Assembly (NCBI GenBank): GCA_033852515.1
Contig: JAWOML010000001.1
Coordinates: 1 to 30,413 of the forward strand
DNA length: 30,413 nucleotides
Source: Thermoplasmata archaeon
Lineage (GTDB): Archaea > Thermoplasmatota > Thermoplasmata > RBG-16-68-12
Reading direction: 5' to 3'
Part shown: positions 7,305 through 16,016 of the stretch, piece by piece
How positions within the stretch are numbered: the first letter of the stretch is position 1
Layout of the letters: the number at the start of each line of letters is the position of its first letter
Translations under genes and position numbers: made by a program
Notes under the pieces: model-generated
Seen by the model: the letters and a program-made list of their open reading frames with translations, nothing else
Databases searched by the model: none
What the model was told of the DNA's origin: nothing

Positions 7305-8186
7305 TCAGTAGTCGTCCACGCCGCGGGCCAGGTCCTGGAGCCGGCGGATGCGCTCCTGGATGGGCGGGTGCGTGCTGAACAGGCGCGTGAAGCTCGTCGC
7401 GGCGAACGGGTTCACGATGAACAGGCCCTGGGACGACGGGCTGCCGAACAGGAGCGGCCGGCGCTTGTTGGCGACCTCCAGCTTCTGGAGCGCGGACGCG
7501 AGGGCGAGGGGCTGTCCGATGGCCTTCGCGCCGCTGTAGTCCGCCTTGTACTCCCGGCTGCGGCTGATGGAGAGCTGCACGAGCAGGGCCGCGATGGGCG
7601 CCAGGATCATGCCGAGGAAGGCGATGGCCACCTCGGCCCCGGAGGCGTTCCGGTTGCGGCCGCCTCCCAAGAGGCTGTTCCACATGGCGATTTGGGCCAG
7701 GTAGGAGATGGCCCCGGCGATCGTGGCCGCGACGGTCATGACCAGGATATCGCGGTTCCGTACGTGGGAGACCTCGTGGGCCAGCACACCGCGGAGCTCG
7801 TCCTCCGTCAGGATGCCCAGGATACCCTGGGTGACCGCGACGACCGCGTGCTTGGGGTTGCGCCCCGTCGCGAACGCGTTGGGCGTCTGGGTGGGGATGA
7901 CCGCGACCCGCGGCATGGGGATGTTCGCCTGCTGGGTGACCTCGCGGACGATCCGGAAGAGATCGGGGGCCTGGTCCTCCGTGATCATGCGGGCGCGGTA
8001 GGACCAAAGGACCATCCGGTCGGAGAGGAAGTAGCTGATCACGTTCATGGCCACGGCCAATCCGAGGAACAGGATGACGCTCGTGACGGGGTCCGCGAAG
8101 AACACGGCGCCGATGGCCCAGCCGAAGGCGACGAACACCGCAGTCAGCGCGACGAACAGCAGGAGGAGACGGAGACGTGCTCCCAT
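7305..8186 (-). CDS. htpX: Zinc metalloprotease HtpX (M48)
   Basis: PNAFATGRNP, VAVTQG, LAHEVSHVRNRD (HExxH), ISRSREYKAD, LFSTHPP..ERI. ATG 8186 preferred over GTG 8195. Confidence 0.95.
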   Translation of the reverse strand: MGARLRLLLLFVALTAVFVAFGWAIGAVFFADPVTSVILFLGLAVAMNVISYFLSDRMVLWSYRARMITEDQAPDLFRIVREVTQQANIPMPRVAVIPTQTPNAFATGRNPKHAVVAVTQGILGILTEDELRGVLAHEVSHVRNRDILVMTVAATIAGAISYLAQIAMWNSLLGGGRNRNASGAEVAIAFLGMILAPIAALLVQLSISRSREYKADYSGAKAIGQPLALASALQKLEVANKRRPLLFGSPSSQGLFIVNPFAATSFTRLFSTHPPIQERIRRLQDLARGVDDY

Positions 8187-8304
8187 GGTTCCCACACTCC
8201 ACTTTCCCTGGACCCGTTTTCACGCGGACGTCCCATATCAAGTTAGCGTAAGAGCGTCGGGGATGCCCCCGAAAACGTGATATGGACCTTCCTTCCCCGG
8301 CGCG

Positions 8305-9600
8305 TCAGATGCGGAGGACCTCCGAGTAGCCCTCCATGTCCATGAACCCGTGGCCGCTGACGTTGAAGGCGATCACCTTCTCTTCGCGGCTCTCCTTGCA
8401 CTTCACGGCCTCGTCCATGGCGCACGCGATGCTGTACGCGCTCTCGGGCGCGGGGAGGAAGCCTTCCGTCTGGACGAACGTCCGCGCGCGTTCGAAGACG
8501 TGCCGCTCGTCCGCGGGGTACGCGACCGTGTCCAGGTAGCCCAGGTGCCGCAGGAACGAGAGGATGGGCGCGGCACCGTGGTACCGCAGGCCGTCCCCGC
8601 GGATCGGATGCATCTCCGCATGGTGGCCCAGGGTGTACATCTTCAGGAGCGGCGTGATCTCCGCGTGGTCCGCGAAGTCGTAGCGGTATTCCCCCTGGAG
8701 GTTGGGCGCCACCTCGCTCTGGGCCGCGATGAACCGGATCGTCTTGCCGTGGATCGCATCGGCGAAGAAGGGCAGGGTGAAGCCGCCGAAGTTGGAGCCG
8801 CCCCCGAGGCAAGACACCATGACGTCGGGGTACTCGCCGAAGCGCTCGAACTGCCGTTGGGTCTCCAGGCCGATGACGGTCTGGTGGAGGAGCACGTGGT
8901 TGAGCACGGATCCCAGGCAGTAGATCGCCCGGTCGTCCTCCCGCGCATCCTCGAGGCCCTCGGACACCGCGATGCCCAGGGAACCCGGGTGCTGGGGATT
9001 GTCCTTCAGGAGCTCGCGTCCCGTGGCCGTGTGGTTGCTCGGGGAGGCGTAGACCTCGGCGCCGTACAGCTTCATGAACGCGCGGCGCTGGGCCTTCCAG
9101 TCGTGGACCGCGCGCACCCAGTAGATCGTCGTCTTCAGCCCGGCGAGGCTCGCGGCGTACGCCAGGGCGGTTCCCCACTGCCCCGCGCCCGTCTCCGTCG
9201 TGAGGCGCTCGTAGCCCTCCTTCCGTGCGTAGTACGCTTGGGCGAGGGCCGTATTCACCTTGTGGCTGCCCGTGGGGCTGTAGAACTCCGCCTTGTAGTA
9301 CAGGTGGGCGGGCGTCCCCAGCTTCTGCTCGAGCCTCCGCGCGCGGATCAGGGGCCGCGGGCGACCCGCCTGGAGGTACAGCTCCTGGACCTCTTCGGGG
9401 ATGTCGACCCATCGCTCCGTGGAGTTCTCCTGGCGGAGGCACTCGCCCAGGAGGAGCTCGGGGAGGGCTTGGATCCGAGACGGTCCTTCCTCAGGATCCC
9501 GGGGCGGAGGCAGCGGCTCCGGAAGGTCGGCTCGGATGTTGTACCACTTCGTGGGACGATCGTCCTCGGGCAGCGTCACGACGAGAGAACCCGCATGCAT
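8305..9600 (-). CDS. trpB2: TrpB2-type tryptophan synthase beta-like PLP enzyme
   Basis: PTKWYNI, GSHKVNTA (PLP Lys), TETGAGQWG, LGSVLNHV, GGGSNFGG, GLRYHG, PAPES, FNVSGHG. Confidence 0.92.
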   Translation of the reverse strand: MHAGSLVVTLPEDDRPTKWYNIRADLPEPLPPPRDPEEGPSRIQALPELLLGECLRQENSTERWVDIPEEVQELYLQAGRPRPLIRARRLEQKLGTPAHLYYKAEFYSPTGSHKVNTALAQAYYARKEGYERLTTETGAGQWGTALAYAASLAGLKTTIYWVRAVHDWKAQRRAFMKLYGAEVYASPSNHTATGRELLKDNPQHPGSLGIAVSEGLEDAREDDRAIYCLGSVLNHVLLHQTVIGLETQRQFERFGEYPDVMVSCLGGGSNFGGFTLPFFADAIHGKTIRFIAAQSEVAPNLQGEYRYDFADHAEITPLLKMYTLGHHAEMHPIRGDGLRYHGAAPILSFLRHLGYLDTVAYPADERHVFERARTFVQTEGFLPAPESAYSIACAMDEAVKCKESREEKVIAFNVSGHGFMDMEGYSEVLRI

Positions 9601-9708
9601 CCTCGCAACCCCGCGGCCGCGACCGGGGGCCCGTATGGGTGGCGGGACCTTTATTGTTTCTTTATGTACAACGCGGGAATCTGCGGACCAAGGTCCGACA
9701 ACGCACGG

Positions 9709-11589
9709 TCAAAGGACCACGCCGACGGCCTGCGCGATTTCGACCCCGCCCGGCGGCAGGGCGCGGACGATCTCTTCGATAGGCACCTCGAACGCCGCCG
9801 CGAGCTGCTTCGCCACGCGCTCCCGGTCTTCCTTCCCCGGGTGGAGGACCACGTACTTCGTGGACCGCACGGCCACCGCGGAGACGGGGCCCCCCAGGAT
9901 CTTCCGGTGGCCCTCGACCTGCGCCTCGCCCACGGCCATCCGCACCGGGAGGTCGTGGACATAGTTCCGCTTGCCGCGGATCACGAATGCGCCTCGAGGC
10001 AGGAACTCCCCGGACTCCGCTTGCTTGGAGACTTGCTCGGGGAGGACCCAGTACGCGCTCCCGCTCGCGAGCCCCGCGGACCACGCCTTGCTGTACACGA
10101 GCGCGAACTCGCACGCCTCGCGCAACGTCGCCTCGCCCGCCTTGGAGCCTTCCTTGACCACGGTGGACGGGGCGCCATGAAGATCCGCGTGGGCGTAGCG
10201 GTCCCCTTCCTTCAGGTGCTTCTTCACGAGCTGGTCGTTCGTGCGGGCGTCTCGGCCGCCGAGGATCAGGAAGTTCTCGGAGGACAGGGTCCAGCGGTAG
10301 GCATCGAACCAGAGCGCCTTCGTGCCCTTGACCCGGGGCCGCTTGGCCACCTTGACGGCCTTCTTCCGTGCCGCCTGCATCTCCTGCCGGGTGGCTTCCA
10401 TCGCCTCCTGGACCCGCTGGAGCTTGAGCTGGGCCTCCCGCCGCCGCTCGTAGAGGGCCTGGGCGTTCGCGGTCACGTCCTGCTCGTACGACAGGACGAG
10501 TGCGTCGAAGTCCGCGATGGCCACGGTGACCGTGCGCTCCTTGCGGTCCACGGCCTTGACCTGGGCGTTCTCCGGGGGATCCTTCCCCTCCCCGATTGCC
10601 TTGAGGAGTTCGTCGAAGACCGCGTAGTGACCGTACAGGAAGAGGGCCTGTGCCTCGAGCCGCACGATTTCCTCGCGAAGCCCCTTCAGCGTCTCCTCCT
10701 GCTGGGCGATGCGTCGCTCGAATTTCGCCGCAATCTCGTCCACCTGGGCCGCGGCGGGCTCCGCGACATGCAGGTAGTGCGAGAGGGCCGCGTTGAATGT
10801 GGGGAACTCCTCTCGCTGGGCACCCCCGTGCTGCACGAGGTCGATGGGCGTCGCGTCCACCGCGAGGCCGTCTTTCGAGACCACGGCGGGGCGCCGCTCC
10901 TGGTCGATCGCCACGACCACATTGTTGAGCGCGGTGTACAGCGCGTCGAGCTGGGCGTCCGTGAGGTCCTTGACCTTGGCGTCCTTGCCGACCTCCGCTC
11001 GGAGGCACAGCTCCTCCGCATACTGGCCGCCGAGGTTCAGGATGCTCGCAAGGACGCGGACCACCTGACCCTTGGCCCCGCGGATCGTGACGCCGAAACC
11101 GGCACGGTCCAGCTCCAGGGGGTCCACGCCCGCGGGCGGGAACGCGTACGGCTCGTCGGGTTTCACGGCGCGGTCCTTGTACGTCTGCGGCGTGAGACAG
11201 GCCAGGGTCGTGTCCCCTCGAAGCACAACGAGGTTGCCCTTGCCGAAGAGCTCGAAGATGACTCGAAGCGTCTCGCCGCTGTGCTCTACGGTGAACACGG
11301 CGATCCGGTCAAAGCCCCGCTGCTCGACCCCGGTGATCCGCGCGTTGTCGAGGAGCCGCCGCAGGGTCTGCGCGAAGGCCGGCGGCGCGTCGGGTTTGTC
11401 CTCTACGTCATGGAGGCACAGCCACGTCCCCGACTTGGAATAGAGCTCGACCCGGTCCCGCCCAGGGACGTTGACGCGGAAGATGACCTCGTCCTCCCGC
11501 TGGTACGCTTTGTCCAGGTATCCGCCGACCAAGTCCTGCCACTCGGCCACGAGGGCGCGGAGGTCGAAGGACGAGAGCGCGGTCTTCAT
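9709..11589 (-). CDS. rqcH: Archaeal Rqc2/RqcH (NFACT family) ribosome quality-control protein
   Basis: MKTALSSFDL start, GFDRI (DR motif), ELFGKGN, GGQYAEE, HADLHGA, YWVLPEQVSK...GEFLPRGAFVIRGKRNY. TATA-like TCAAGTAA about 25-30 nt upstream of ATG 11589. Confidence 0.92.
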   Translation of the reverse strand: MKTALSSFDLRALVAEWQDLVGGYLDKAYQREDEVIFRVNVPGRDRVELYSKSGTWLCLHDVEDKPDAPPAFAQTLRRLLDNARITGVEQRGFDRIAVFTVEHSGETLRVIFELFGKGNLVVLRGDTTLACLTPQTYKDRAVKPDEPYAFPPAGVDPLELDRAGFGVTIRGAKGQVVRVLASILNLGGQYAEELCLRAEVGKDAKVKDLTDAQLDALYTALNNVVVAIDQERRPAVVSKDGLAVDATPIDLVQHGGAQREEFPTFNAALSHYLHVAEPAAAQVDEIAAKFERRIAQQEETLKGLREEIVRLEAQALFLYGHYAVFDELLKAIGEGKDPPENAQVKAVDRKERTVTVAIADFDALVLSYEQDVTANAQALYERRREAQLKLQRVQEAMEATRQEMQAARKKAVKVAKRPRVKGTKALWFDAYRWTLSSENFLILGGRDARTNDQLVKKHLKEGDRYAHADLHGAPSTVVKEGSKAGEATLREACEFALVYSKAWSAGLASGSAYWVLPEQVSKQAESGEFLPRGAFVIRGKRNYVHDLPVRMAVGEAQVEGHRKILGGPVSAVAVRSTKYVVLHPGKEDRERVAKQLAAAFEVPIEEIVRALPPGGVEIAQAVGVVL

Positions 11590-11635
11590 GACGTCCGTCC
11601 AAGGACCGTGCGTTACTTGAGTGTTCCGCCCGGGG

Positions 11636-12151
11636 TCACCACCGCTCCCAGTGGAGGACGTCATTGAGGGGCAGCCGCTGGGGCGGAGGAGGGTTCTCCG
11701 CGGGCCATCCTACGGCGACGAGCGCGACGGGGCGGGCGTACCCCGGGATCCCCAGCATCGTGCGGACCCTCTCCTCGTCGAAGGAGCCCATCCACACGGC
11801 GCCGAGCCCGCTGTCGTGGGCGGCGAGCAGAAAGTTCTGGGTGGCCGCCGCGGCATCCTGCACCGCGAACAGCTCCCGGCCCCGCGCGCCGTACTTTCCG
11901 ATCCGGCTCGCGTTCGTGCAGACCACGAGGACGGCGGGCGCCTGTTCGATCTCGACTTGGTTCGCCGCACGCGCGAGGGCGCGGCGCGTCTCCGGGTCGC
12001 GCACCAGGATGAAGTCACGAGCCTGCAGGTTCCCTGCGGACGGGGCCCAGTTGGCCAGGTCCACGAGTTGGCGGAGCAGGTTCTCGGGCACGGGCTCCGG
12101 CGTGAAGGCGCGGACGCTCCGTCGGGACCGAATGAGAGAGGCAAAGCGCAT
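11636..12151 (-). CDS. Nitroreductase-family flavoprotein
   Basis: IRSRRSVRAF, APSAGNLQ, AAAATQNFLLAA...GLGAVWMG, VAVGWP. ATG 12151 preferred. Confidence 0.92.
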   Translation of the reverse strand: MRFASLIRSRRSVRAFTPEPVPENLLRQLVDLANWAPSAGNLQARDFILVRDPETRRALARAANQVEIEQAPAVLVVCTNASRIGKYGARGRELFAVQDAAAATQNFLLAAHDSGLGAVWMGSFDEERVRTMLGIPGYARPVALVAVGWPAENPPPPQRLPLNDVLHWERW

Positions 12152-12279
12152 GGCCGTCAGGAGCGGGCCCACGACCTTTCAACCTGAGGAAACGGTTGTA
12201 TGGACGCCCGTGGTCCCCAGCCTGAGGAATCTCCGTCACCGATAGCCCTAAGTAACGCGCGCCGTTAGGCGAATCCGCT

Positions 12280-12381
12280 GCCGCAGTGGCTTAGTGGTAT
12301 AGCGGCGCCTTGGTATCGCAGGCTCGGCGCGAGTCGGCGACAAAGAGGCGCAGGTCGGGGGTTCAATTCCCCTCTGCGGCT
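12280..12381 (+). tRNA. tRNA-Thr(GGT) with 30-nt intron at 37/38 (12316-12345); CCA not encoded
   Basis: Acceptor GCCGCAG/CTGCGGC, discriminator T, anticodon stem GCGCC/GGCGC, anticodon GGT at 12312-12314, T-arm GGGGG-TTCAATT-CCCCT, BHB-like intron. TATA-like CTAAGTAA at 12248-12255. Confidence 0.95.
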
Positions 12382-12410
12382 TCTCTTCTTCTCGCGGGGA
12401 ATGGGGCCGA

Positions 12411-12659
12411 TTACTTCTTGTCCTCGCCGGCTTCCTCGACCTTCTTGCCCGCCTTCTTGGCGAGCCCCCCGACGGCGGAGAGTCCCTTGCCTCCCAGCCT
12501 CAGAGCCCCCTTGCCCACCTTCTTCCCGACGTCCACGGCGGCCTCTCCGGTCCGCTCGGCCACATCGCCCGTCTTCGTCAGCACGCCCACGGCCTGCCCG
12601 CACGACGGGCAGGTTCCCGCACCCTGGGGCAGCTCGGCCCCGCAGTGTTCGCAGTTCAT
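12411..12659 (-). CDS. Small zinc-ribbon protein with G/K/A-rich amphipathic tail
   Basis: CEHCG..CPSCG followed by GDVAERTGEAAVDVGKKVGKGALRLGGKGLSAVGGLAKKAGKKVEEAG. Confidence 0.8.
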   Translation of the reverse strand: MNCEHCGAELPQGAGTCPSCGQAVGVLTKTGDVAERTGEAAVDVGKKVGKGALRLGGKGLSAVGGLAKKAGKKVEEAGEDKK

Positions 12660-12787
12660 CCGATTCCCCCGCGAAGGGATGGGAGGCAGCCCTAGTCAAG
12701 CTTGTGTTCTGGGGACGGTCCCATGCCACATATCTGGGGAGTCGGAAGCCCAAATAGGACGGTCGCTCTGGTCCCGCCCGGAGAACC

Positions 12788-13585
12788 ATGCCCCTCGTCT
12801 ACGGACTCTACGCGCCGAATGCCCCGAACCTCATCGATCCGGAGGTCTTTGACGGGGTGGGGCGAGACACGGTGGCTGCGCTTCGGGGGCTCCAGGTCCC
12901 GAACCGCATCCGTCCGGAGACGATCGTCGTGTCGACCCCCCACTGGGCCACATCGACCTTCTACGTCCAGGAATCCGAACGTCCGCGGCAGATCTTCGAC
13001 TTCAGCGGGTTCCCTCGCTCCCTATATGACGTAAGGTACGAGCCACCGGGGGACCCTGCCCTCGCCCGCGCGATGGTCGAAGAGGGGAAGCGCAGCCACT
13101 TGGACGTCGAGCTCACCACAGACCACGGTCTGGACCACGGCGCGTGGGCGCCCCTGATGAACATCGCTCCGGGCGCCAAGCTTCCCGTGGTCCCCATCTC
13201 GATCACGTACCTTCCACCCGAGGATCATCTCGTCTGGGGTGAAGCGATCGGCAGGGCCCTCGCGGCCTCTGAGAAGCGGGTCGCGTTCGTCGCGACGGGA
13301 TCCATCACCCACCGTCTCGACCGTTTCGCCGTCGGCGAGTTCGAAGCCTGGCCCTTGGGGCAGCGCATCGAGAAGGAGATCGTCGACCTCATCCTCGCGA
13401 AGCGGTACGACGACCTCGTGCACTTCGACCGACAGAAGTGGGAGACCGTGGCCCCCGAGGGGGACCTGGCCCCGCTGTTCACGTTGGTGGGCGCCCTAGG
13501 CCCCCGCTTCGGCTCGCGGCTCGTGCACACAGGTCAGGCGTTCGGGGCCGCAGGGATGTCGACCCTCGAGTTCCTGCCCGAGTAG
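12788..13585 (+). CDS. Class III extradiol dioxygenase (LigB/DODA-like) family protein
   Basis: IVVSTPHW, IFDFSGFP..LY.V.Y..PGDP.LA, GLDHGAWAPL, VVPIS, GSITH. Confidence 0.85.
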   Translation: MPLVYGLYAPNAPNLIDPEVFDGVGRDTVAALRGLQVPNRIRPETIVVSTPHWATSTFYVQESERPRQIFDFSGFPRSLYDVRYEPPGDPALARAMVEEGKRSHLDVELTTDHGLDHGAWAPLMNIAPGAKLPVVPISITYLPPEDHLVWGEAIGRALAASEKRVAFVATGSITHRLDRFAVGEFEAWPLGQRIEKEIVDLILAKRYDDLVHFDRQKWETVAPEGDLAPLFTLVGALGPRFGSRLVHTGQAFGAAGMSTLEFLPE

Positions 13586-13607
13586 GCGGATCCGACTCCG
13601 CGTCCGC

Positions 13608-14909
13608 GTGGTCTCTGAACCGCTACGGAATCGTCTAGTACGCGCGGGGGCTCACCTCGGGCCTACGCAGTCCGTCCCGACGTCCCCCTTCGACCGCAAC
13701 GTGTACATGCTCACGGTCGGCTCGGGCGTGCGGTTCTTCGGAATCTCCCTGATCGCGCCGTTCTTTCTGGTCTACCTGCACGCGTCCTACGGGGTGGACA
13801 CTCTGTTCCTCGGCGTGCTCTACGCGGCCGCTGCGGCGACGGCAATCCCCGTGGGCGCGTTCGGAGGGCTCCTCGCCGACCGTTTCGGCCGCAAGCGAAT
13901 CATCCTGATTGCATTCGTGGGCGAGTGTGCCACTGCGGGATTCCTGGCCGTGACCTCCTACCTGTCGTCGGTTCCGGGGATGGTGGTCGCGTACCTCGTC
14001 ATCTCCCCGGCATTCAGCCTGAGCGGTCCCGCGACCTCCGCGTACGTCGCGGATGTCACGACGGGGGCGCAGCGGACGCGGGGATACAGCCTCCTCCGGA
14101 TTGCCTACAATGCCGGGTTCGCCGCGGGCACCGCGGTCGGCGGCTTCCTTCTCTCCTTCTTGGCGTTCCCCGACGTGATCCTCATGACCACGCTGGTCCT
14201 CGTCGTCGTCACGGGCGCCTTCTTCCTGTGGCTCGCGGCGTCTCCCTACGACCGAGCGCCGACGCCGGACCGCCCACGCCGTCCGACCGCCTCCGTCCGG
14301 ACGAGCTTTCGCCTCCTGGCCCGGGACCGTGTGTTCCTCGAGGTCTGTATCGCCTTCACGCTCGCTTGGCTGCTCTTCGGTCAGTATCAGATTGCGCTCC
14401 CGCTGTTCGCGAACGAGACCATGGGCATCCCGTACGGCATCCTGGGGATTGGGTTCTCCATTAATGGGCTCATGGTCGTCTTCGGCCAGATGCCGATAAC
14501 GCGGGCCATGCAGGGGAAGCGGCACACAACGATCGGCGTCTACGGCCTCCTGGCCTACGCGGTGTCGTTCGTCACGCTGGGCCTCGCGGCCTCCTTCCGG
14601 TTCCTCCCCATCATTTCCTTCCTCGCCGCGACGACCGTGATGATCGTGGGCGAGAACCTCATCTCGATTCCCATGACGACCTTGCCGTCCAACATGGCGC
14701 CGCCGACGGACATCGGCTTCTACAACGGCGCCTTCCAGACCGTGACGGCATTCGGCCCTGTCGCCGCCGGGCTCCTCGGGGGCGCGGTCCTGAACGGCGT
14801 TGCGAACCCGCTCCTGGTGTGGCTCATCCTCGCCCTTCCTGCGGTGCCTGCCATCCTCATGCTGTCGTGGGCCGCGCGCCGCATCAATGCCGCCGCGAAC
14901 CGGGCGTAG
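13608..14909 (+). CDS. MFS transporter (start uncertain)
   Basis: Motif A GGLLADRFGRKR, about 12 TM segments, AYVADV, NAGFAAG. Confidence 0.9.
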   Translation: MVSEPLRNRLVRAGAHLGPTQSVPTSPFDRNVYMLTVGSGVRFFGISLIAPFFLVYLHASYGVDTLFLGVLYAAAAATAIPVGAFGGLLADRFGRKRIILIAFVGECATAGFLAVTSYLSSVPGMVVAYLVISPAFSLSGPATSAYVADVTTGAQRTRGYSLLRIAYNAGFAAGTAVGGFLLSFLAFPDVILMTTLVLVVVTGAFFLWLAASPYDRAPTPDRPRRPTASVRTSFRLLARDRVFLEVCIAFTLAWLLFGQYQIALPLFANETMGIPYGILGIGFSINGLMVVFGQMPITRAMQGKRHTTIGVYGLLAYAVSFVTLGLAASFRFLPIISFLAATTVMIVGENLISIPMTTLPSNMAPPTDIGFYNGAFQTVTAFGPVAAGLLGGAVLNGVANPLLVWLILALPAVPAILMLSWAARRINAAANRA

Positions 14910-14917
14910 GGCACGCC

Positions 14918-15760
14918 TCAGCGGACGACTTCCTCGACCTCGCGGTACCAGGGCTTCGCCGTGCCCACCTTGGCTCGTTTCTCCCAGTGCCGCCCCTTGG
15001 GCACGGACCGTAGCGCCGCCTCGAGCGCCCCGATGCGGGCCTCGATTCGAGAAGCCTGGTCCGGCTTCACCTTGCTCTCGGCGACGAAGGTGCCGAGGAG
15101 CTGGCGGACCTTGGCTAGGTTCTGGGTGGCCTCGTACCAGAAGCCCCAGTCATCGGCCAGGAGGTTCGCGATATACCCCGCGTCCACGGCTTCCTTCTCC
15201 GTGCTCGCGGAGGGCTTCACCTCGTGGCCGAAGAAGAGAATCATGAGGTCGACGAGGTCCTTCCGCGCGATCTTGTGGATCTGGAGCTTCTCAAGCACGA
15301 TGTCCGAGAGGGTAATCGTCGGATAGTCCATCTCCAGCCGGCCGTCGCCGGGTTTCCTGCCGAATTCCACGTCGTGGCTGAACTCGAGCTTGTCCAGGAA
15401 GATGTCCACGTGGAACTTGCCGCCTCCCTCGTAGTAGATGAGCCGGCGGTCCCCGAAGAAACCGTTGACCATGTTGTCCGGCTTGAAGCCGAGCTTGTCG
15501 AACACACCGCTGATGGCCCGGCCTTGCTTCGCGTAGCCCATTAGGTCGAGGTCCGTGAAAAGCGGCGTCCCTGCGCTCACGCGGCCTAGGGCGTGGAACA
15601 GGGCGACCGCTTCAGGGAAGTGGGCCGAATGAGCGTAGATCGCGAGGGATCCGAGGATCCGCAGCGAGGTCCCTTCGGCCTGCGCCGCGCGCACGATCGT
15701 CTCGGCCTCCTTGAGGAACTCCTGGTCCGACAGGGCGACGAAGGATGGCTGGTGAGCCAT
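14918..15760 (-). CDS. Pol-beta-superfamily nucleotidyltransferase-like protein, copy 1
   Basis: LRILGS...DLDL...HVDIF (GS, DxD and third Asp). C-terminal DWGFWY and WEKRAKVGTAKPWYREVEEV. Clear paralog of 22476-23261. BRE/TATA-like GAGACAAG-CTTATAG on the minus strand at 15862-15848. Confidence 0.75.
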   Translation of the reverse strand: MAHQPSFVALSDQEFLKEAETIVRAAQAEGTSLRILGSLAIYAHSAHFPEAVALFHALGRVSAGTPLFTDLDLMGYAKQGRAISGVFDKLGFKPDNMVNGFFGDRRLIYYEGGGKFHVDIFLDKLEFSHDVEFGRKPGDGRLEMDYPTITLSDIVLEKLQIHKIARKDLVDLMILFFGHEVKPSASTEKEAVDAGYIANLLADDWGFWYEATQNLAKVRQLLGTFVAESKVKPDQASRIEARIGALEAALRSVPKGRHWEKRAKVGTAKPWYREVEEVVR

Positions 15761-16016
15761 CGTGTGGTTCGATGAAGGTCCGCTCTCCAACGTTACCCCT
15801 CGCCCGGATGCGTAGGCCCGCGACCCGGGGGCTACCTGATTCTTCTCCTATAAGCTTGTCTCCATCGGAAGCGGCGGAGTGCCGCCTCGGCGCGGCATCC
15901 TCGATAGTTTGAAACGTGCCCCGCGGATTCCTGTCACGGGGAATTGAGGGAGGGGGAATACGGCAGGATCAGACGTCGACGTCTTTGCTAGACGAAGTGA
16001 GCCAACGGTCTCAGGG

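Noticed and set aside
8305-9600. TrpB2 without other trp genes
   Set aside because: Standalone trpB2 is already well known in archaea and bacteria.
8350-11667. 1105-aa + strand ORF
   Set aside because: Codon-aligned antisense shadow of trpB2 and rqcH. High GC and rare TTA/CTA/TCA codons remove stops, and it has no recognisable motifs.
11610-12260. Shared AAGTAACGC upstream of rqcH (minus strand) and tRNA-Thr (plus strand)
   Set aside because: Both sit at the TATA position, so this is most simply a TATA-box variant rather than a separate operator.
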